Positions 12,776-23,866 of a DNA stretch of 64,000 bases are shown here, piece by piece. A program made the position numbers and the translations under genes. The notes beneath the pieces are model-generated. The model was not told the origin of the DNA, made no database searches, and was given only the letters and a program-made list of their open reading frames with translations. This DNA is from Spironucleus salmonicida (taxonomy: Eukaryota). The stretch is from the NCBI RefSeq assembly GCF_000497125.1, contig NC_090598.1:1178001-1242000 (forward strand), given 5' to 3'. Positions within the stretch are counted from its first letter, which is position 1. Every line of letters begins with the position of its first letter.

Positions 12776-15664
12776 TCATTTTGATATTTCAGCTATTTCA
12801 CGGAACCGCTAGTATATTAAGTTATCATAGACAGATATATTACCAACAACATGCAACTATAATCTTCCTCTAGAAAATGCAACCAAAGTTCTATTAAGAT
12901 CTTACGCAAATTTACTTGGAAAAGAATTAGCTAACGATAGTATGATTATATCATTTTCTAAACCTTAGAATTCATCGACTGTGAATGATTTAATTTAAAG
13001 ATGTGAATTAAGAAGTTATATTTGTTTCTTATACAAACTAAGTACTGATATTTATGAAGGTTTATAACTTTATAATAATTTATCATATATTTCCTTAATC
13101 TTTAATACTTCTTCAATATTTGTCTCATTATCATATTTTCCTTTAACTTGATAGCCGAAAACTGAATTTTACAAATTAGGAATTCCATCTTCAAGAGATT
13201 ATTATAGCTTTAATGGTAATTTAACAGCATAAATATCGCGATAAAGGTCACATATTTACGAAGTTGTTCGCATCTAACAGTTTAATAAAATTGAAGGTGC
13301 CTCGTGTTAAACTTATTTATGAAATAAACTTTCTTATAATCCACAATTTGTTGATAATTTTTCATCCTTAATAACTGGTGGGAGTTATAATACATCTCCA
13401 ATTTATATAATTTTAGCTGGAACTAGAGGTACTAATGAAGCAATATTGTATTCAGCTACTCTAGCAGCTTCTTCAATAATCAAAATGGATTATTTTCCCA
13501 AATAAGGAGATTATTATTAAATTCCTGTAATTGTTCCAACAATAATATCAGCTTTTTATAATAAAGCTTATTAAAGAGTATGATGTGACTTAAAGTGACA
13601 TATAATATTGGAAAATAAATGATAATTCTTTTCCATGACAGTTTTTAAGTCTTATAATTTTGGATTTCTTAACTACTAAATAAGATTGCTTCTATAAAGA
13701 TCTTAGTAAAACAACTATATATAACCCTCCATTGTGAATTAATTAATTATTTGACTTTAGCTTTAACTACCTAATCTATATATAAAAGGTTTAATCAGCG
13801 GAAAATTCTCCTTAAGCAATGCTTCTGCCATTTAATCAGTAGCATTATTAGAGTGTGCAGTTAGAATAATCTAGTGATGAGGAGTTTAGGCGTGCAAAAA
13901 TCCAATATGTTCAGTGTGATATGAAATTCTAGGAAATTACTGCTTCATAAAAACAAATTTTTAGTTTATTTTCCAGTCTTTTGGGACATACCAATGTGAG
14001 TTAAATTATAATAAAAACGCTCTGATAATTTATGCAGCAGTAAAAGTTTTACCAGTACCTGGTGCACCAATAATATATAGTAAATCAGAACATAAAATAT
14101 GTATAAGACAGGCCATTTGAGCTGGCTTCATTGGCTATATCATCTTGTTGAGTTATTCATTGAAAATAAAATTAAAATTATTAGCAAATATCCTATATTT
14201 TTCTAGATCTAAAGATGGCGAAAACTAAAATATAGAATTGTATAATACTTTCTATACCTTCTCTAAATTAGTGGCGTCTTTAAGAGTAAAGGATAGAAAT
14301 ATGAGGGTTTTATTTGCTGTACGAAATGTATCATTTCGCTATAATTATAAGACACACAATGAAGGTAAATGTGTCTAAGATTTAACTAGATCAGTTACTG
14401 AATTTTGGTAAATTTCTGCGATAAGAATTTCTTTTAACAGCTATAAAGTTTGAATATGGTTATAGATACTACCGTGCACTTAAAAAATTAGGTAACTTCC
14501 ATCATTTAATGGTGAGGATATTGTAAAACCTTAATTGGTATACACACATTATACTATTCTAAAAAATATAAATATTTAATCTTTCAGTTAATAGAAGGCT
14601 AAATATTAATCTTATTATTATAGAATACTCGTTGAAAAACAGTTTTTAGTCAAGTTTATTTTATGACTCTACTAAATTTTTAAAATATCTATACAGATTG
14701 ATGTGATAAGGTCAATTTAGGAATGCTATACTTATGAGAATATATATGTTTTATATGAATAATGATAAAGAAGGGAATGAGGAATAAAAACTAAATTATT
14801 AAAGTGACGATTAATTAGATTAACATCATCAAACTGAGTAAAAAATTTTTCATCAATTTGATAGGTTGATATTGATGTGGTAAGCTTCCTGTTAAAAATA
14901 AGTAATGATAAGTACATTATTGTTTCCTTCAAAAATAATTATAATTCTGTAGAGCATTTTACGAGACATTTATTGAAGAAACTGAATATATTTTTATCTT
15001 TATAATTCTTATAAAGATAATTTTCAACATCAACTAGGAATTTATTTGCCAATTCTATTGGTGAATTAGATAAAAACACTATAAATAAATTAGCTTATTC
15101 AACTACATCATTAGTATCCTTTAGATTACGAATACCATCTACAAAATCTAAAGTCATGGTTTAAATTACTTTACTATCAATTAGGTCAAATGCAAAAATT
15201 GAATAGTAAGAAGAATATAAAAATATTATCTGTTGAAATTTAGAAAAAAGAATTCTTCTAAAAGAAGTCGAAGGTATGCAAATAATAACTTTCAAAATGA
15301 TTTCTATTAGAAGAATTCGCTTATTATCTTTGAAGATATTAATTATTAAGAATTCATCAACTAGTAGCTATTTTTATTCTAATTATTGTAAATAATAACT
15401 TAATAATAAAAGAATCGAAACATAGATTTCAGTGTATTATTTTTTAATGTAATATTCATACAGTATTATTTAAATATGATTAATATTAAGTAAATTTGAA
15501 AGTTGCTTCAAAGTAGTAGTGGTATACTTTTAGCAATATAAGTCAGTAGCAATAAAATCTTCTAAAGTATCTATATTTTTTAATTTTTATACTACTTTTA
15601 ACTATCTGGATTAAGAATCTTTGAGTACTACAAGATATATTGCTATATAATCATTGAAGTCCAT
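12776..15664 (-). CDS. Upf1-like SF1 RNA helicase, most similar to Aquarius/AQR (962 aa)
   Basis: GAPGTGKT (~14045-14068), ILTAHSNNATD, ILIIEEAA, IGDVLQLPPVIK, QESLF, TVDEFQGLENDIIILSL, RTLVAFSRGR. Confidence 0.8.
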
Positions 15665-15709
15665 TTCAAGATATATAATAAATAAATATAAGTATATAAT
15701 AAGTTATTA

Positions 15710-16165
15710 TCAGTAACCAGTTCCTTTAAGAGCTTCAACAATTTTGAATGCAGCTTCATTTGCAACACCCTTAGGCTATTCAGGGCCGTAACATACTGCG
15801 ATTGTAGATTAGTTAGGTGTTTTGTAAACAAATGCGCCAGCAGGGATCCAAGGAGTGTCCTTATCCGATTTTCCAGCTAAGATAATGATCTATTAACCTT
15901 CATCATCTTTTTCGTCCATATTAATGAAGCGCATGCGCTAATCATTAAAATTAACACCATTAGTTTTCAAATATTCAGTCCCCTATTCAGTGAATAAAGA
16001 AGGAACAATACCATCAGGCTAAATATTCATGACATTACATACCATCTATGATTCATAAGGATAGATAAAACGGCCAGATACCAATTGGTTTTAGTTATTA
16101 TAGATAACAACAGCCATTATTTATGTCTACAAAGAGTTAAGATAACCGTCAACCCACGCGTCCAT
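15710..16165 (-). CDS. Profilin-like protein (151 aa)
   Basis: N-terminal MDAWVDGYL, LKTNGVNFNDQRMRFI, GAFVYKTPNQSTIAVCYG, C-terminal helix KIVEALKGTGY (cf. profilin SWQaYVD..L, nGl..gG.kY..i, G.....KT.q.iii..Y, l.dYL...GY). Confidence 0.7.
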
Positions 16166-16234
16166 TTAAATGAAAAGGGAATCAAATCTGAAATTTATAT
16201 TTCCTATAAATTTATATATTTATAATTGTAAATA

Positions 16235-16633
16235 ATGCCAGTAAAAATCCTTATTTGGTCTGAGTACGAAAACAATCTTCTTTTATAGTCTTAATCTGGA
16301 AACGTTAATAACTGGAGCTATGCATCAAGTATCCTTAAAAGAAATAACTTTAATAGATCTCCTCACGATTGTGAATAACATTGGAAGCGAGTATTAAACC
16401 CAGATATTTAGAAAGGACGCTTCAAAGAAGAGGAAGATAATAAACTACGGGACCTAATATTAATTTATGGTTATAAAGATATCCCTCTTCTAAGTGAGAA
16501 AATGCAAACCAGAAGCTATCTGTAGATACGAAACCGTATCAAATCCCTTAAATTAGATCAGTAGATTGTCCATAGAGGTAGTACATTGACGGTGGAGTAG
16601 GAATAAATATTGATAGCATACTTCAGTGGGTGA
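16235..16633 (+). CDS. R2R3 Myb DNA-binding protein (132 aa)
   Basis: WSEYENNLL..NWS..RSPHDCEQHWKRVLNPDIQKGRFKEEEDNKL...TRSYLQIRNR. Confidence 0.9.
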
Positions 16634-16940
16634 GTTAGATTTTTGCCATTAGTTTAAAAAAATTATCTTTAATTTTATTATTTAGTCTTATGATATGAAT
16701 AATTTCAGAAAATATCGTAGTAGGCCCATGTATATATTCTAATATTATCATTTTAACTTTACTAATCAAATGTGTATCTATCAAATAACTACTTAACTCC
16801 AGAAATTAAACTCAAAGCTCTCAAAATAATATATAATTTATATACATATAAATTGAATACTTATAGAACATAATATTCGCAACTTTTAATATATAATATT
16901 GATATCTTCACTTTACTAAATTATCTCAATAATAACAAAT

Positions 16941-17414
16941 ATGGACCTGCAAAACCAGTTTGCTGATCTCCTTCAGCACAAACCACCGCCATGCGACCTA
17001 AATCAGTTCTATGGGATAGATTATAACCTTTAAATAGCAATTTCGCTAGCAGATCATATAAATATTCCGTTTGGCGTTTACAAGTAAAAACTACGCTCAG
17101 CGAAGCTATACTGGACAAAGGAGCAGGATAGCGCACTTTAAATTGCACTGCAGGATCATCCAGAAAATTGGAAATTTGCAGCGCAGGAAGTTAGCAAACT
17201 TGGCGAAAAAAATTCTCAGTAATGTCAGCAAAGATGGCGCCGAGTCCTAATGCCAAAATTAGTCAAAGGCCGATGGAGTACGGAAGAAGATTCTGAGCTT
17301 CTAACACTCTTAAATATTCACGGCACAAATTACCTCAAAATTGACAGTCTGATGCCCACCAGATCTTACGTCCAAATCCGAAATCGAATTTAAAAATTAA
17401 AAGGAAAGAAATGA
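16941..17414 (+). CDS. R2R3 Myb DNA-binding protein (157 aa)
   Basis: WTKEQDSAL..ENWK..KNSQQCQQRWRRVLMPKLVKGRWSTEEDSELL...TRSYVQIRNR. Confidence 0.92.
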
Positions 17415-17460
17415 AATTACAATTATTATATGAATTAATTCACATCATCAAATTTTAAAT

Positions 17461-18435
17461 ATGAAACCGAATAGCTACGTCGGCCACCAGATGAAGAAGT
17501 ACTACAACTCTCTAGCCAAGAAAACAGACACCTACTACTACGCAAAAGCTTTTACAACAGCTTAAAACGACCCACCGACTTTGGTGCAGTTGCAGGCGTA
17601 GGAAGAACAGTTTCTGCTCCAGTCGATCCAAGACGCACACGGGTTCACATCAGGCGAAGCACGTAACGCACACATGAACATCGAGCAGTTCCTGGAGAAA
17701 ACGTCGCCGTCGCTGGTTAAGCAGAGGCCTCTGGACATGCTCAAAAACATGAAATCGATGGCTAAAACACAGACCGAAATCGTCTGCGACGCTCAAAAAG
17801 AAGCGGAAAATGAACAGCAGAAGGAACTCGAATTGCAGCAGTTGGAACACATCGCGGAGGTCAAAAAGACATCCGTAGCCTTCGGTGCGCAGCTTTCCGA
17901 AAAGGAGCGGAAAGGTCTAGTATAACAAACGCAGTTTCTGAACGTGTAGGACGAGCGACTACAACACCAGAGCCTCTCTGAGTACATTGATGGGCAGTAC
18001 ATTGTGGCTTCCTTCATCGATTTGAAGGCCTCGTCGCTCTATTTGCATTATTAAGAGGTAATGTTCACTGTCGATTTCGTCAACAAATTCATCATTTCGT
18101 AGGAGTTCTACGAGTTCGTGCAGGTGAACACCACTAAGTGCGAGTACAAGCATGCCATCGACGTGTTGGTCAAAAATTGGAGCCAGAATTTAATGAAAAA
18201 TTTGGTAACGCTGATCGAGGTAAAAGTGCAGGAAATGAGGCTTCCGGTAATCCAGAAACGGCCCCGTTCGTACCTGCAGATGCTTATCGGGTCCAATTCC
18301 GCGTTCGTTCAGTTCGCGGTATCGTACATTGTCGCCAAGCTGTCCTAGTACACTATTATGCCAGACCCGTATTCACGTTTCCCGATCTTGCAACCTCCTG
18401 GGAAGCACGAAAATCTCTTAGTGAGCATATTTTGA
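17461..18435 (+). CDS. Hypothetical protein (324 aa)
   Basis: Joins track ORFs 17674-17925 and 18118-18348 under table 6; GC3-biased codons; ends TTT TGA. Confidence 0.75.
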
Positions 18436-18438
18436 TTT

Positions 18439-18753
18439 TCACTCGGCTGCGTAGCATACTCCTGAGATCACCTCAGCAACCCAGAGAGCGTCGCCGTATC
18501 TATCGTACAAATCTTCTACCGAGCCATAGCAGGTTATTTCGTCTCCCGTTTGAGAGTAAAAAATTGTGTCATTTTCCTTCAATTTTAGTAAATTTGACGT
18601 AGCTTTACGGAATACCGCCATAGTTGTATCACGAGGTATAGTCAAGTAAACATACTGGTGTGTAGGATCTACACGTAGTGTAACGCGGAACTTTATCAGG
18701 TCTAGTTCTGATGCGTAACGATCCAGGTTCTCCTTGCTGGTGGGAATTTGCAT
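18439..18753 (-). CDS. Ubiquitin-fold protein, UFM1-like (104 aa)
   Basis: IKFRVTLRVDPTHQYVYLTIPRDT...G.EI....VEDLYDRYGDAL..ISG-VC aligns by eye with UFM1 [24 protein letters not shown]...GIGI...GNVFLKHGSEL..RVG-SC; ends GAG TGA. Confidence 0.6.
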   Translation of the reverse strand: MQIPTSKENLDRYASELDLIKFRVTLRVDPTHQYVYLTIPRDTTMAVFRKATSNLLKLKENDTIFYSQTGDEITCYGSVEDLYDRYGDALWVAEVISGVCYAAE

Positions 18754-18836
18754 TAAATGATAAATGCATATGTATATATTAATATAAGATAATATTTAAA
18801 TATTTAAAGACAAACGATTCACGTACTTAGTAAAAA

Positions 18837-19202
18837 TCATTAAAATATTGTGTTAACTACTTGTGGGTTGTACATTTTCGATACATCAATGATATACTTT
18901 TCAAATAATAGATCGTGTTAAGCTAAAAATAAAAACGATACCTCCAGGTCATCAACTGATAAAATAGCTATGTTATGTGACAAACAATGGTATATTAGCT
19001 ATTCTTATGTATTTGAGAATATATTTTAATTTTTAACAATGAGTAATCCCTTATTGCTAGTAAAAACTTAAGATACATCTGCTGTTGTTTATTAATGTTA
19101 CATAAGTTCTTAAAGCTCTAAGGGAATATGTACTGCAATATTTATTTCTGGAAGATTAAGAAGAAAAGAATAAAGGGCTGTTTTCTATATTTTTGTTTTC
19201 AT
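18837..19202 (-). CDS. Hypothetical protein (121 aa), weak L7Ae-fold resemblance
   Basis: Open under table 6; KGLLIVKN...EQLIYHCLSHNIAILSVDD. Confidence 0.5.
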
Positions 19203-19504
19203 TTTTTAATGTATGTATAGTTTTTATATATTATATAGTCTTTTATTTTGTTCATTCGTAATTATTTTAGTTGAACACAATAAACTTTGCCGAAAAAACT
19301 AAGGGCCCCCAAAGTGCAAAACTATAATTAAATAAATCTATAAATTTTCATATAATTATATTTCAATTTATAAGTTTTAGTATCTAAATACATGAGATTT
19401 CCTTATGTTTAATAAATAATTACATAATCTCTTTATTAAGCAAATATACAAATAATATACTATTTATTATGAGATTTATAAAATTTCCCTTCCAACAAAA
19501 TTTA

Positions 19505-22500
19505 ATGCTTTCAACATCGTTTGTTTTTAAGCGGATATCTTATGCAGAGACATAAGAGTAAATAACTAAAGTCGCATGGAATAGAACCGATGGATGGCTT
19601 GCTTTTGGTGGAGATATGGGATTACTTAGAATTATTATGCTAGAATTTTAGGATTAACATGACTTCAATCTATAGGGTGTAGCAGCCAGACCTTCTAGAG
19701 TATCTATTGATAGGAGATTAACTATACACGAAGGATCAGCAATAACGACAATTACTTGGAATGAAACTAAGGAACAAGTTACTACAGGCGATAATCGTGG
19801 ATCTGTAGTAGTATGTGGTTATTAATCTTCAAAATGGTCATCAGAATTTGTGAATGAATCAGTGTAATCTCCAGTTGTAACTGCAGTTTGGGCTTCCGAT
19901 TCATCTAAAGTATTAATTTTTTATCAATCCGGATAAATTCTTTTAGGTGCATCAACTGGTCATAAAATTTTATCTATGTAAGTTCGCTAACAGGAATAAG
20001 CGAAATTTGCTTTTGTTACAGATTCCAGAGTAGATATTTTTATGACTGGTTGGGAAACTAAAATCATAGCTTACAATTTTGATAGTACCGAAAAATATAG
20101 AATTTAATTAGGTGCTGGAGATAAATTTGTGGCAGCTAGTTTGCTAGAGTTTAAAGAAAATAAAGAAGATCCTAAAATTGTAGCAATTACTATGCAAGGT
20201 GAATTAATCATTTACAATGCTGTTTCAGGAGTTAGATTAATTTCTGCTCAGATCTCAATAATTCCTACTGATGTCTAGGTTTCTCCGAACGCACAGTATA
20301 TAGCAGTATCTGGTCAAGCATTAGAGCCTCATGGCGATTTATAAGGTTCGTCAGGCCCAGTTTAGTCTAATGCTGACTAATTAGCGGTAGTCAAACTATA
20401 TAGAACAAAAGATCTCGAGCATATCGCAACAATCAGAATTTAAGCCAAAATAGCAACCTGTATTTCCTGGGACGCCAGTTCTCTACGACTTGCCATAGGC
20501 ACTGATGGAGCCTTATATCTTGCATGCTTGCGACTAAGCTATCGTCATTTTATGCTATAAGACGGAACTGTAGTTTATTCTTCTGGTTCTTCTATAATCA
20601 AAACCTCAAACTAGATCGTTTCCGCCTAAAACACGTTTTAAAAGGACGAATGCATCACATTTTGGAAAAATCCTTCCACAAATTTTCATCAACGATACCC
20701 TCAATAATTCATCGACTAATGCGCCTGCGGGCCCTATTTAGCGATGCTCTGCGGCAGATCCGTTCTAAAATAGGACGGTAGCTACCGCCAGTTATCAAAC
20801 ATGACTTTGCACTCATCGGTAGGTGCTCCGACGCTGTCTTTAGACCTCAATTACACGCCATTTTTCATGGCAGGGTGCGAGAACTATCTCGTCACGGCCT
20901 CTCCCTCTCGAATTTCTATCTACGACATTCGCTTTTTGACCGGCGAAATCAAGTCCGAAAACGCTCAAATTGAGACCAAATTGGACCAAGGCCAAAACTA
21001 CACCGGAATCATCGAATGGCATGCGGATTCGAGCCCATTTGCGGCCGACAGAGAGCTCCACGTGGCAAAATTGAGCGTCAGCGCCGGAGTTACAGCTGTA
21101 TCAATCTCCAATAATGCGCTATTTGTAGCCAGGTAAAATGCGACGATTTAGCGGTTTAATTTGCCGAGTCTTCAAAGTAACGTAAATATTCACACTGGGA
21201 CCGTTTTGCGTGTAATTCGGTGCAATTGCAACGGAACGGCTGTCGCTGGCGTCAACGACGACGGTTTTCTGTCTGTCTAGTATACGAGCGATTTTATTAC
21301 GGGCGAAATCAAAGAAAACCGAGAGGTTAAGGACGCCAAAAAGAGCATTAAGATGATCGAGCGAGTTGAAGAGGAGGAAAAAGGAGACGATTTGAGCAAA
21401 ATGCTCGGATTCGATGGCGCAGCTCCAAAATCGACATACAAAGAATCATCCAAAAATGACAAGCCAGTCGATTTCAAACTACCCCAATGGGACACTCAGC
21501 TGACTGATATTTGGGGTATTTGCTGGAATAACGAAGATGCGAATATGCTTGCAATCAGCTCTAAACACAAGATATTTGTGCTCTAGGTTAATAAGAAGGT
21601 TAGGGAAGAGCCGATTACGAGTTCTGCTCATATTTTGGCGTTTTAGGGCTTGATAATTCATGGGGTGTATTTGGACGAGGCTGTTATGTACGGAGCTCCT
21701 ATGAAAGGCAGTTACAAGTAATTTGAGACGTAGTAGCTTAGAGATTTAAAAGAGCAACTGTACGGGAAAGTTGAAGAATAAGACGAGATTTAGCCAGTAA
21801 CGAACTTAATTAAGCTTTTTGGTCATGATTTGACTGATTATAATGTGAATAAGTAAACGCCTAATGTCACAGCAGGATTTGCATTTTTACAGCAATAAGT
21901 TTTTACACACCCTCATCTATATAAAATTGTAGCGGAGGCAGCTTTGCGAGATTTACAACTTGACATTGCGTCTTAATGCTTCGTTAGAGCATCAGATTAT
22001 ATTTCATATCATTTTACTGAGTATATTCGTAGAATTGGGTCGGATGAACTTAGAAAAGCTGAGGTTGCAGTATTTTTATCAGATTTCAAATTGGCTGAGC
22101 ATATTTTAACGAAATAACTAGGAAGAGTTGATTTATCGCTTAAAAATGATGAAGAGTTAGGTATGTGGATGAAGGTTCTGCAATAGCATAAAGACGCACA
22201 ATACAATGTATCGCATGCTGCTTTAATAACGGATGAACTCGCTAACTAAGCTCACCGTTAGGTTGGCCAGTATTATATGAGGATCAGACGTTATGCTGAT
22301 GCTGTTTCATTCTTATCTAAATCAGATGATATCTCACTCTTAGCGGAAGCTTTATATCGTGCAGAATAATTTGATGAATTAAGAACCCTTGCAACTTCAC
22401 TTCAACCTGACACTAATACTGAGGCTATTTTAGCAGTTTCAAAGATTTTGTCAAGAATTGGCGATGTCGAAGGCGCAAGTGTAGCTCTTTTGAGACTTAA

Positions 22501-23599
22501 TAGACCAGAGGAGGCTATTAAAACTTGTATTACGTTAAAACGGTTTGACAAAGCGATTTTAATTGCGTAAGAATTTGAAATGCTCGAAACAGTTGACAAA
22601 CACTTATCTGAATATCTCAGATAGCTTCTTTCTGCTGGAGACGATAAAGCCGCTCTCGACCTATTACGAAAAACAAACTAGGGTGAAATTGCTGCTTGTA
22701 TCATAATTTCGGCTGCAATGGAAAATCTTAAGTAAGCTATTGATGCCAGAACTTTCCCACTCAATCCGTCAGTTTTCAACAGAGTACGACGCTTAATAGT
22801 GCTTGCTGGTAAAGAAGCAACCACAGTATAGCGCTCAAACATCAACAGAGACCTGAGAAATAACCAAAACAACGATAATGCTCTTTTGACTCAAAATCAA
22901 ACGAATCAAACGATGAACTAGCTCTTACACGACGATGTGGTCAAAGACACCACACAGCAGCAATCAACCTCGTCTACACTTCTAGACGATCCATTGTTCG
23001 CAAAATTCGGAAATCACTCAAAATCTACTAACTAGATCTGGCGCTTAGTCAAACAGACCAGGTACATTGTTTTGGCCTCCTATATGCTCTACGTGAACAA
23101 GCCCCAATAAGCGCTTTTCCCTGCTATCGAGGCCGCCGGGTTCTACTACAAATTGCTCCAAAACTCAGCAAATCTTGACGAAGAATTCTGCTACTTTGCA
23201 AAAATTGCCCTTCCAATTGCTGTCTTCGCGGCGCTCCAAATCGAAGATTTCGACCTCGCCAGCCAACTCATGGAGGTCCTTGAGGCCGATGATGAAATTC
23301 CGTCGATCGAACGGGACCAGCTTGAGCAGTTAGCTGTAGATGTCTTTAGCAAGTTTCCGCCGAATATGTAATAGAATATACCAAAAGAAGCCATTTTGTA
23401 GTGTGAAAAATGCAAAAATCCGATGCAGAGATATTCTACCGTTTGTGTGTGCGGCTACCAGGCGAACCTGTGCAGCAGGACCGGAATGGTCATCAAGCAG
23501 GGGCACAAGATCCAGAAATGCGGGATGTGCAGCACGATGAGCACGATCGGTAAGAGTACTTTGCAAGTGTGCCCGATGTGCCACGAGCAGTTCGAGTGA
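19505..23599 (+). CDS. IFT121: Intraflagellar transport protein 121 / WDR35 (~1364 aa)
   Basis: FVFKRIS..ITKVAWNRTDGWLAFGGDMGLLRII, ITWNETKEQVTTGDNRG, HPHLYKIVAEAALRDLQLDIASQCFVRASDY, TPR-like solenoid, C-terminal CxxC zinc ribbons ending CPMCH; ends GAG TGA. Confidence 0.9.
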
Positions 23600-23866
23600 G
23601 TGCGGAGCAGATTTTTGAGTTTTTGAGTAAAAATTAAAAATGGAGTGAGAAATCGAATTTGAAATTTAATTAATTTAGGAAATCGATAGATGTCTAAATT
23701 GCAATTAGATGGATAATTTGAAGATTCGAAATTGGATAGATCATATAACTAGATATTGCGGTTCACTCAGCGGTGACCAATTTTGTGATTTTTGCGCTAT
23801 CAATCCGATTTACACGATGTTATCAGTATTTCTCCCAAAAAGCTTCCTAAACAAATAATTTAAACC

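Noticed and set aside
12744-13583. Apparent plus-strand continuation of the pseudokinase overlapping the helicase
   Set aside because: In-frame TGA at 12741-12743 ends the gene; the downstream open stretch is the antisense shadow of the helicase, common when only TGA stops.
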